Below are positions 55,129 to 63,237 of a stretch of 64,000 bases of DNA, in pieces. The stretch lies in NCBI GenBank assembly GCA_963724855.1, contig CAVRWH010000008.1:1360-65359 (forward strand), in the 5' to 3' direction. Position numbers and translations under genes: made by a program. Within the stretch, counting starts at the first letter, position 1. Every line of letters starts with the position of its first letter. The notes under the pieces were generated by a model that saw only the letters and a list, made by a program, of their open reading frames with translations, was not told where the DNA came from and did no database searches. This DNA comes from an uncultured Acidobacteriaceae bacterium. Its GTDB lineage: Bacteria; Acidobacteriota; Terriglobia; Terriglobales; Acidobacteriaceae.

Positions 55129-56391
55129 ATGGCGTTACCCGGGGCCAAGCCGATGCCCCAGACCATCGCCGGTGTGGGCCGCACCATCGCCTTCAGTGAG
55201 TTCCTCGCGCAGGCGCTCGCCGCATTCCGTGCCGACAAGGTGCGCGCCACCATGACCGCCCTGGGCATGGTGATAGGGACCGGTTCTCTGATCCTGGTCG
55301 TTACCATCGCGCTGTCTGGCAAGCAGTACGTTCTTGCTCAAATCGAGAACATCGGTACCAACCTGATATGGGTCGAGTACCGCGGTCTGGTCAATGCCGG
55401 CGCCAGCACCTCGGTGCGCGATTACATCACCTTCGAAGACATGATCGCCGTCGAGCAAGCGGTGCCCGAGGTTAAGGCCGCTACTCCGGTCCTGAATCTG
55501 CACGAACGTATCAGCATCGGCGGCGGCAAGGAGAAGGAAGTCCTGATTCTCGGCGTCGACCCCTCTTACGAGCAGGTTCGCCGCATGATCGTGGTCGCGG
55601 GCCGCTTCTTCGACAACAGCGACTCTGACCAATTCAACAAGGTCTGTCTCATTACCCAGAAGTACGCCGAGGCTCACTATGGCGGGGCCGACCTCGCACT
55701 GGGGCAGGCCATCAAGATCACGGGCATTCCGTTTACCATCATCGGCGCTTTTCGCGAGAGCATGGAGACGTTCGGCCGCTCGGAAATCCAGGACGACACC
55801 ATCCTCATTCCCTACACCGTGGCCCGCCGCCTCACCGGCACCATAGCCATCAACCAGATTTACTTCACACTTTACAACTCCGAGAGCGTGCCGGCCGGCA
55901 CCAAAGAGATCCTGCGAGTCATCAAATCGCGCCATCGCCCCGAATCGCAATACAACGTCGACAACCTTACCGACGTGTTGCAGGTTGCCGAAAACACCGC
56001 CAATGCCTTTACGATGATCCTCCTGCTGTTCGCGGTGATCACGTTGATCGTGGGCGGAGTGGGCATCATGAACATCATGCTGGCGACGGTAAGCACGCGC
56101 ATCCGCGAAATCGGCATCCGCAAGGCCGTCGGCGCCACTCGCATGGAAATCGAGTTGCAGTTCCTCACCGAGGCCGTGCTGATTTCCCTTGTCGGAGGCA
56201 TCATCGGAACCGTGCTGGGCATGGCCATCCCATTTTCGCTGCGGCTCTTTACCGATAACTATCTTCCGGTTCCGTGGCTGGCCGCCGTGATAGCAATTGT
56301 GGTTTCCTGTTCCGTTGGAATCCTGTTTGGGACACTCCCTGCACGCCTGGCCGCCCGGCTCGATCCCATCGAGGCGCTGCGCCACGAATAA
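55129..56391 (+). CDS. MacB-type ABC transporter permease (MacB_PCD + FtsX domain), no adjacent ATPase
   Basis: TM1 (ALGMVIGTGSLILVVTIAL), a periplasmic core domain of about 230 aa, and an FtsX module (GGVGIMNIMLATVSTRIREIGIRKAVGATRMEIELQFLTEAV). It starts 6 nt after the preceding gene. Confidence 0.85.
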   Translation: MALPGAKPMPQTIAGVGRTIAFSEFLAQALAAFRADKVRATMTALGMVIGTGSLILVVTIALSGKQYVLAQIENIGTNLIWVEYRGLVNAGASTSVRDYITFEDMIAVEQAVPEVKAATPVLNLHERISIGGGKEKEVLILGVDPSYEQVRRMIVVAGRFFDNSDSDQFNKVCLITQKYAEAHYGGADLALGQAIKITGIPFTIIGAFRESMETFGRSEIQDDTILIPYTVARRLTGTIAINQIYFTLYNSESVPAGTKEILRVIKSRHRPESQYNVDNLTDVLQVAENTANAFTMILLLFAVITLIVGGVGIMNIMLATVSTRIREIGIRKAVGATRMEIELQFLTEAVLISLVGGIIGTVLGMAIPFSLRLFTDNYLPVPWLAAVIAIVVSCSVGILFGTLPARLAARLDPIEALRHE

Positions 56392-56433
56392 GCTGCTGCC
56401 ATCGCGGCTCTATATCCCTTCAGCGAAACTTGA

Positions 56434-57675
56434 TTAATTGCTGGAGCGCGCGGGACCGGTCGGACGCTTGGCTGGTACCGCGACGGTCTTGGACGCGGCA
56501 GCCCCGTTCCCGTTTTGCGGCGAGAAGATGAAGTCTTCGATCTCATCGATGCGCTTGTTGGCATCGTTGTATCCGATGTCGATGAGCGCGCGCGTATACC
56601 TCGGCGTGAACAGCAGGTAACTCATCAGGTCCGCGCAGGCCACCGAATCCCGTCCCAATCCGTTCATGAAGTACTGGATCAGGTACGGCATGTCTTTCTG
56701 GTACTGGCGCGCCAGTTCCGACAGGTCCACCGAGGGCGTTACCAGCAGGGTGGCCAAGGGACGCATCTGTTCGCACGTCTCCGCCCCCGTTTGGCTGATT
56801 TTTCCCTCGCGCAGCAGGTTGTTCAGGCGGTCGAGGTGCTCGATGTCCGAGGCCAGGTGGTCGAGAAACATCACGTTGAACAGCAACCCCATGACCTGTG
56901 CCAGAGAAGGTTCAACATCGTCAGACGCTTCTTCCTGATGCTCCAGGCTCTCGCCGCGGACGCCGATGCCAAAAATGCGTTCTGCGCCCAGACGAATAAT
57001 CGGACTCAGCGGCTGTTGCAGCCGCACACAACCATCGCCGAAGAACGCCGTGCCCTTCGCCGTCTTGAGCCGCACCGGCTGAAACACCAGCGGAATCGCC
57101 GCCGAGGCGCAGATGTGGTCGGTGGTGATCTTCGTCGCCAACGTGACACGGCGGCTGCGATTCCACATCGGATGCCCCTTCATCCCCTGAATGAAGAGGT
57201 AGCTCTTGCCCGAGTTGTAGTTGGTCGCCGAGATGGCGAGGGCATAGAGATACCCGCGCCGGATATTGTCTTGGATGCGGCTGGTGTCGAGGTGTGTCGC
57301 CAGAAAATGCCGCAACGGGGTAGCGTCCAGAAGCGAACGCGCATTGCCGCCGCCGAGCACGGCGCCAAACGAGAGGTCGAGGATCCAGGTCACCGAGTTG
57401 CGCGCCTGGGCCATCACATCGCAGCGGAAGATGTCGGAGGGTCGAAGTTCCGCCCAGAGTTTGGCCAGGATCCTCGTAACGATGGAGAACTCGTCGCATC
57501 CCACAGCCAGTCCGCAGCCGTTCACCGCCCCTGCGGAGGAGCCGCCGATGATTGGAAATGGATTGCCGTCCTCCTGAATACGCCGGATTTCTCCAATGCG
57601 CTTCAGTACACCGGCCTGGTAAGCGCCGCGGGCGCCGCCGCCCGTCATCACGAGTCCGAGCGCATTTTCTTGCAT
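56434..57675 (-). CDS. patatin-like phospholipase/lipase
   Basis: Oxyanion loop LVMTGGGARGAYQAG. Nucleophile elbow IIGGSSAGAVNG (GxSxG). A downstream DG-type region (FFGDGCV). ATG 57675 (MQENALG) is preferred. Confidence 0.85.
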   Translation of the reverse strand: MQENALGLVMTGGGARGAYQAGVLKRIGEIRRIQEDGNPFPIIGGSSAGAVNGCGLAVGCDEFSIVTRILAKLWAELRPSDIFRCDVMAQARNSVTWILDLSFGAVLGGGNARSLLDATPLRHFLATHLDTSRIQDNIRRGYLYALAISATNYNSGKSYLFIQGMKGHPMWNRSRRVTLATKITTDHICASAAIPLVFQPVRLKTAKGTAFFGDGCVRLQQPLSPIIRLGAERIFGIGVRGESLEHQEEASDDVEPSLAQVMGLLFNVMFLDHLASDIEHLDRLNNLLREGKISQTGAETCEQMRPLATLLVTPSVDLSELARQYQKDMPYLIQYFMNGLGRDSVACADLMSYLLFTPRYTRALIDIGYNDANKRIDEIEDFIFSPQNGNGAAASKTVAVPAKRPTGPARSSN

Positions 57676-57788
57676 TGTTCCTTCTCGTACTTGCCCCGGC
57701 ACGCCGGCGATTCTACTCGGAGTGAGCCCGCCTCGACAGTGACGCAGTATTCAGTTTCGATTTGATCGTTGACCGCCGCTTGTAGAGA

Positions 57789-57820
57789 GGACGTTCCGCC
57801 GGGGTTGCGGCGGAACGTCC
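57789..57820 (-). terminator. strong GC-rich hairpin downstream of the phasin-like gene (no U tract)
   Basis: Perfect 12-bp stem GGACGTTCCGCC (57789-57800) / GGCGGAACGTCC (57809-57820) with an 8-nt loop. It lies 64 nt after the stop codon of the minus-strand gene. Confidence 0.5.
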
Positions 57821-57883
57821 AGCTCTGCTTGGGTTACCCACCGGATCCCAGTCGGTTGAGTACCCGTCCATCTCGGTTCTCCG

Positions 57884-58795
57884 CTACGCGTTGACTGGAA
57901 TCACCCTCGGCTTCGCCGCGCGCGGACGCTTGCGCGCCGTGGGTTTCATCGTCTTCTTCGGCTCCGGACGCCGGGTCACCGACTCGATCACGGCCTTCTC
58001 CGCCTCTACGAAGCTGCGGAAGCCTTCCCGGGTCAGGTCCGGGATCTCGCGGTACGGGACCGTTGGCAACATCTTTGCAGCGGTTCCGGCAGCCTTCAGG
58101 CTGACGTGGACCTGGCGGGCTGCTACGTCCATCAACTTCTTCTGCACATCGATGAAGGTGTCAGCCGCTTCCTGTGCCAGCTTGGTCATTTCGGTCTTTT
58201 TGGCCTTGCTCACCGTCGTTTCCTTGCCGGCGGTCATCTTCGAGGTTTCCTCGGACACGATGTGCAGGAACTTCTTCTGCGCCTGCACGAAGTTCTCCAG
58301 GCCGCCGCGGGCCAGTTCGACCAGCGTATCGCCCTCGTACTCTTCGCCCGCTTTCACCGCACTCAGGCGCTCGTGCACCTGCTTGCCGGCGGCCTTCAGG
58401 TAATCCAACTGCATTTCAACGTAGGTGTCGATGCTGCGATGGATGGTGTTCATCAGCGCATCGGTGACGGCGTAGCCGCCAACCCGCTCCTTCAGACCGG
58501 TCGCCAGGATCTCGCTCTCCTGCTGGGCCAGCCCGAGCAGCAACTTCTGACCTTCGATGAAGTTCGCCAGGCCCTCGCCCGCAAACTCCTTAGCTACAGC
58601 CACCGGCTTGAAATCCGGCGCCGTGAGCTTTTCGCGCATGACGTCAATCACGGTCCCGTTCTGCCGCATTGCCAGGTCTACCAGGATGCGCTGCGTAGCG
58701 AAGAAATTCTCGACTCCCTGCTGCACCCAGCCTGACAGCAGATTGATGAAGGACGACTCCCGCGCCATAGGCTCGGATTTATATTCCTGCTTCAT
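57884..58795 (-). CDS. phasin-like amphipathic repeat protein (candidate lipid-body / granule coat protein)
   Basis: Five repeats with the signature [GA]xxxF[FIV]xxQ[KR]xL: GVENFFATQRIL, GLANFIEGQKLL, GLENFVQAQKKF, AADTFIDVQKKL, GFRSFVEAEKAV. No TM or signal peptide. K/R/P-rich C-terminal tail. Strong RBS (GAGGAGGAAATC-ATG). Confidence 0.5.
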   Translation of the reverse strand: MKQEYKSEPMARESSFINLLSGWVQQGVENFFATQRILVDLAMRQNGTVIDVMREKLTAPDFKPVAVAKEFAGEGLANFIEGQKLLLGLAQQESEILATGLKERVGGYAVTDALMNTIHRSIDTYVEMQLDYLKAAGKQVHERLSAVKAGEEYEGDTLVELARGGLENFVQAQKKFLHIVSEETSKMTAGKETTVSKAKKTEMTKLAQEAADTFIDVQKKLMDVAARQVHVSLKAAGTAAKMLPTVPYREIPDLTREGFRSFVEAEKAVIESVTRRPEPKKTMKPTARKRPRAAKPRVIPVNA

Positions 58796-59072
58796 GATTT
58801 CCTCCTCGATTGCTGCGTCGCAGCATTCAAGTAAACTCTAGTATTCTGCTGTTCCCGTGTCAAGAAGTATGTTGTGATTGTGCTTCGCAGCAGAGGGGAT
58901 CGCAGGCCGTGCCGCTGCAGCTGTCGATCGCGTTCCGCGCAACTTGAGCTGGCTCAAGCGGTTGCCGTCGGACGAGACGACGGCTGCACTGTCCCGGATT
59001 GGGAATGAACCTTGCGCCGACGGAGCTTGACACCGCCATACCCGCAGTCCACGATGCGGAAAGGTCCCTGTC

Positions 59073-59828
59073 ATGGCTGAAACCGTCAGTGTTGTGCAAC
59101 TCAAGCCCGAGACGCTCGACGCATTTTTGGCCTACGTTCGCGACGCCGAGGCCGCCATCCAGCCTTCGCTTGAGGGCAGCGCGCCTTTTCTGTGGACTGA
59201 CCTTAACCCCGACCGCGCGCGCCGCGTGCGTCAAGGCGACATTCCGGCGAGGCTATGGGCAGGTGATTCTCCGGTGCACGTTCCCAACGGCCTGATTCAC
59301 GACTGGGTTGGCGCGGTGCTCGTACCGCATACCACAATCGCGAAGACCCTCGCCCGCGTCCAGGACTACGACAACCACAAGAACATTTACCAGCCCGAGG
59401 TGATGGATTCGCAGCTTATCGGCCATCACGGCGACGACTTCACCATCTTTCTGCGTTTGCTGAAGAAGAAAATCATCACCGTAGTGATGGACACCTACCA
59501 TGATGTCCACTACCAGCGCGTTAGCGACAGTCAATGGTTCTTGCGCTCCTACACCACGCGGGCCTGTGAGGTGGATGACGCCGGGACGCCAAAGGAAAAG
59601 GTACATCCTCCCGATACCGGTTATGGATTTTTGTGGCGCTTGTATTCCTACTGGCGATTCAAGGAGGAAGCCGACGGCGTCATCGTCGAGTGCCGCGCCA
59701 TCTCGCTCACCCGCGACGTGCCGATGGGGCTCGGCTTCCTGGTCGCGCCCATCATCAAGAACCTGCCGCGCGAGTCGCTCATCAACACCCTGAAGGCAAC
59801 TCGCCAGGCGTTAAGCGGAGCGGCTTAA
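59073..59828 (+). CDS. START/SRPBCC-like (hydrophobic-ligand-binding fold) protein
   Basis: 251 aa. The pattern fits a helix-grip fold (..LIHDWVGAVLVPHTTIAKTLARVQDYDNHKNIY..FTIFLRLLKKKIITVVMDT..GFLWRLYSYWRFKEEADGVIVECRAISLTRDVP). The call rests on pattern recognition only. Confidence 0.4.
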   Translation: MAETVSVVQLKPETLDAFLAYVRDAEAAIQPSLEGSAPFLWTDLNPDRARRVRQGDIPARLWAGDSPVHVPNGLIHDWVGAVLVPHTTIAKTLARVQDYDNHKNIYQPEVMDSQLIGHHGDDFTIFLRLLKKKIITVVMDTYHDVHYQRVSDSQWFLRSYTTRACEVDDAGTPKEKVHPPDTGYGFLWRLYSYWRFKEEADGVIVECRAISLTRDVPMGLGFLVAPIIKNLPRESLINTLKATRQALSGAA

Positions 59829-59829
59829 C

Positions 59830-61446
59830 TCAATCTCCAGTCTGGGCCAGCGCACCGACCGGTAGGCTTTCCGCCTTGGGCCGGAAGGGAACCGCCTTCC
59901 GCACCGGCTGTTTACGCTTAGTCGGCGGCACAGCGACCGGAATCGTTCTCATTCTCGGTTTCGGTTTGGATGGGATTTCCGGAATCAGCCGCGGCCGTCT
60001 ATTCTTCCTTGCTGGCTGTTCCTCGGATTCCTTCGGCGAAGAATGAAGTGCCGCAGCACGCATCTCGGCGAAACTTTCGCGCAGCATCTCCTCAAAAATC
60101 TCAATGTCGGGCACCGCCGAGATGTCGCCGCCGAATCCAACATAGGCGACGCCGTTGTAGCTGAGAATAGCGACGTTTACGCCCATCTCGCCGCCGATTG
60201 GCACGTAGGGGTAGCAGCGCAGCAGCTTGTGGCCCAGAAGATACAGCGGAACCGGCGGTCCCGGAACGTTCGTGCAAATCATGTTCGCCAGACTCAGCGG
60301 CAGTTGCGTCAACACCGGCACCAGCTTCGCCTGCAGTGGCAGAGGCACCTTCGACACCAGCATGCCGAACATTCCCACCAGCTCGGGTACTCCGACGCTG
60401 CGCAGGAAGCCGATGCGTTCGCTGATGCGTGCCAGCAGGGTGCGCGGGTCGCTCACATCCAGCGGAGCATTGATCGGCATGAATGTGATGCGGTTGCCGA
60501 GCTCGGTTGCGTCTCCTTCGCCGCGGATATTGACCGGTATCACCAAGCGCAGATTGCGCCCGCTCAGGTGCACTCCGTGGTGCTTGGCATAGCGGCGCAC
60601 GGTGGACGTAATCACCGTCAGCACCACATCGTTCATGGTGCCGCCGCAGCGCTCGCGAATGGCCTTGATCTCATCCATGGGAAGCTCGCCCCATGCGATG
60701 TGCTGCGGTCCGCGGCAAATCTTGTTGAACGGCAACCGCTCCGACGGAGTCACCAGCTCGGGTACCAGCTCGACGATTTCCTCCGCATGGCCCTGCTGCG
60801 CGCTGGCCAACACCTCTTGCGCGATGTTCAGTACCTCGTTCTGCGCGGTAAGCGCACTCTGCATGAACGACTGGTACGACTTCAGCATCTGGTCGAGCAG
60901 CATGGCCAGCGAGTCGGTGGGCCTTGCCTGGGCAGCCTGCGGCTTGCGGCGCGGCGGCTTCTCCGGCGTCGGACTAGAGTCCAGCAGAGCATGCATGATT
61001 CCGACTCCCGACACTCCGTCGGCCATGCAGTGATGGATGCGGACGATGAAGCCCGTGCGGTTGTTCTTCAGTCCGCGGATCAGCGTGATGTCCCACAGCG
61101 GATGGTTGCGGTCCAGCGTCGAACTGATCACTTTCGCGGTCTCGGCCTTGAGGTCGCTGTCGGTGCCCTGTTTCAACACCACTTCGTGAACGTGGTTCCT
61201 GATGTCGAACTCGGGGTCCGGCTCCCATTGTGGTAGTCCGAGGTTGAAGGCCGGAAACACCGCCCGCTGCTTGTAGCGGGGGATCAGGACGAGCTTCGAT
61301 TCCACAAACTTCGCGCAGGCCTGTTTCGTGATCTTGCCCTCGAACTCGCAGCAAGACGCGATGTTGATGGGTTGGCCTTCGCGTTCCAGATACAGGAAGA
61401 ATGTGTCGCCCCACGAGAGCGGATGGGTGCGGTCGGATAATGACAT
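59830..61446 (-). CDS. wax ester synthase / acyl-CoA:diacylglycerol acyltransferase (WS/DGAT family)
   Basis: Active-site motif RIHHCMADGVSG (HHxxxDG). N-terminal LSWGDTFFLYLE and family-typical NVPGPPVPLYLLG near the C-terminus. It also has a K/R/P-rich C-terminal extension of about 75 aa. ATG 61446 (MSLSDR) is preferred over the ORF start at 61563. Confidence 0.9.
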   Translation of the reverse strand: MSLSDRTHPLSWGDTFFLYLEREGQPINIASCCEFEGKITKQACAKFVESKLVLIPRYKQRAVFPAFNLGLPQWEPDPEFDIRNHVHEVVLKQGTDSDLKAETAKVISSTLDRNHPLWDITLIRGLKNNRTGFIVRIHHCMADGVSGVGIMHALLDSSPTPEKPPRRKPQAAQARPTDSLAMLLDQMLKSYQSFMQSALTAQNEVLNIAQEVLASAQQGHAEEIVELVPELVTPSERLPFNKICRGPQHIAWGELPMDEIKAIRERCGGTMNDVVLTVITSTVRRYAKHHGVHLSGRNLRLVIPVNIRGEGDATELGNRITFMPINAPLDVSDPRTLLARISERIGFLRSVGVPELVGMFGMLVSKVPLPLQAKLVPVLTQLPLSLANMICTNVPGPPVPLYLLGHKLLRCYPYVPIGGEMGVNVAILSYNGVAYVGFGGDISAVPDIEIFEEMLRESFAEMRAAALHSSPKESEEQPARKNRRPRLIPEIPSKPKPRMRTIPVAVPPTKRKQPVRKAVPFRPKAESLPVGALAQTGD

Positions 61447-61721
61447 GGTGTCCCCTCTGCCGCCGGTAATCAGACCGGGCGCCTTTCGACCAGGCTGCGT
61501 CGAAGTCCGGTTGGTCCGGGAGTGCCCGTCCGCGCTGCATGACCCAACGCCAAGCTCGCACAAGAACGGACGGTACTACGATTCCACGATTCCTACGCTG
61601 ATTCAGTGAGAATGGTCACAATGCTTCGGTAATTTGACATTCCACGGCGACGGCGGTGCGTTCGACGAATGGCCCCTCGGCGCACGTTGGCCGCTGGCAG
61701 GGCATCAGATAACCTATAGCC

Positions 61722-62615
61722 ATGTCACCCAAGCTGCAGCAGGCGCTGGAACTGATCCACGAAGTCCGTCCCGAGGCCGTCAACGAGGCCCTCGGTTTGC
61801 TGCAGAACACGATCTACTCGTTCAGCATGAAGGTGTGCGGGCATCCCGAAGACGCAGAAGACACTATGCAGGACGTGCTGTTCAAGGCGCTGCCCTACCT
61901 CCCGAAATTTGAAAGCCCCGAAGCCCTCTCCGTTTGGCTGTACAAAGTGGCGCGCAACCGCTGCCTGATGAACCGGCGCGGCGCCAAGAATGCTGCCAGC
62001 AAGCATGTTTCGCTCGACGAGTTGATGCCCAGCACGCGCGACCTTGAGCACATGATGAATGTCGAGCGGCCTGATCCCGAACAGGCCCTGTTACGCAGCG
62101 AACGCGACGAGCGGGTGCGTGAGGCGGTGCAAAAAGTGCCTCCCCTGTATCGTATGACCCTGGTGTTGCACGACATGGAGGGGTTGAACACTGCCGAGGT
62201 GGCGCGCGTCACCGGCGTGCGCGAGGGCACGGTTCGGGTGCGGCTGCATCGCGCCCGGCTCATGATGCGCCGGCATCTTGAGCGCCTGGCCGAAGGCGAC
62301 CGCTTCCAGAGCAAGCGCATTCACACCCCCGCGAACGAAGAGCCGCCCATCCGTCCGCTGCGCTGCCGCAAGATGTTTGCCGAACTGTCCGACTACCTCG
62401 ACGGACTGGTGGCCGACTCCCGCCGCCGCGAGATGGAAAAGCACCTGGGAGACTGCAAGCCCTGCGTCGCCTTCCTCGACAGCTTGCAGTCTGCGGTAAA
62501 GCAGTGCCGCTCTTACGAACCCGTCTGCGACACCACCCGCGCCGCCGAATTGCGCAGGAACTTGGTCGAAAAGTATCAGGCGGCGGTTGCCGCCATGCCG
62601 CGAGCGAACGCTTAA
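61722..62615 (+). CDS. ECF-type sigma-70 factor fused to a C-terminal ZAS (zf-HC2) anti-sigma-like domain
   Basis: Region 2 (DAEDTMQDVLFKALPYLPKFESPEALSVWLYKVARNRCL). Region 4 (LYRMTLVLHDMEGLNTAEVARVTGVREGTVRVRLHRARLMM). Then, in the same polypeptide, C-RKMFAELSDYLDG...EKHLGDCKPC (C...HxxxCxxC). No TM segment. Confidence 0.85.
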   Translation: MSPKLQQALELIHEVRPEAVNEALGLLQNTIYSFSMKVCGHPEDAEDTMQDVLFKALPYLPKFESPEALSVWLYKVARNRCLMNRRGAKNAASKHVSLDELMPSTRDLEHMMNVERPDPEQALLRSERDERVREAVQKVPPLYRMTLVLHDMEGLNTAEVARVTGVREGTVRVRLHRARLMMRRHLERLAEGDRFQSKRIHTPANEEPPIRPLRCRKMFAELSDYLDGLVADSRRREMEKHLGDCKPCVAFLDSLQSAVKQCRSYEPVCDTTRAAELRRNLVEKYQAAVAAMPRANA

Positions 62616-62780
62616 CCGTTTTGTTCGTGGCTACTTGCAGGTCTTCCCAGATCGGGAATTAAATTTACCAATACGCCTACTTTCCTGTAACACCTGACCC
62701 ACTGCCTGCATTTATCTGTGTGGCCCCGCAGAGGGCACCTCGAGGATGGAAGCCGTTCCCGCCTCAACACGGAGAAAAAA

Positions 62781-63224
62781 ATGATCTCGGGCAGCGTTAC
62801 TCTCACTCATCCGGATAGCACTCATAAGCAGTTCGTCGCCGGCGATAACCGCGGACACAACTTCCTGATCGACGATGCCGCGGGCAACACCGGCCCCAAA
62901 CCCATCGAACTGCTCGTCATCGGCCTGGCCGGATGCACCGCGTTCGACGTGATCGGCATCCTCCGCAAGAAACGGCAGGAAGTCACCGGCTACGAGGTAC
63001 AGGTCGAGGCCGACCAGCGCCCCGATCCGCCGAACATCTTCACCAAGATTCGCGTGCGCCACATCGTGACCGGTGTGGACGTCGCCGAAAACGCGGTGCA
63101 GGACGCGATTCACCTGTCGGAGTCGAAGTATTGTTCGGTGAGCGCCATGCTACAACTGAGCGCGGAAATCGAAACCACCTACGAGATTGTCCCGGCCATG
63201 CAGACGGCTACAATTGGCGCCTGA
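62781..63224 (+). CDS. OsmC/Ohr-family peroxiredoxin-like protein
   Basis: Two conserved Cys in the family context (ELLVIGLAGCTAFDV and ESKYCSVSAML). ATG 62781 follows GGAGAAAAAA. Confidence 0.85.
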   Translation: MISGSVTLTHPDSTHKQFVAGDNRGHNFLIDDAAGNTGPKPIELLVIGLAGCTAFDVIGILRKKRQEVTGYEVQVEADQRPDPPNIFTKIRVRHIVTGVDVAENAVQDAIHLSESKYCSVSAMLQLSAEIETTYEIVPAMQTATIGA

Positions 63225-63237
63225 GGATCCCTACAAG

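Noticed and set aside
62616-62780. An ECF-type promoter (GGAAC/GGAAT-N16-18-CGT/GTT) in front of osmC or in front of the sigma gene itself (61447-61721).
   Set aside because: Only loose matches were found (GGGAAT.., TGTAACA..), with no convincing -10 element at the correct spacing. This cannot be supported without comparative data.
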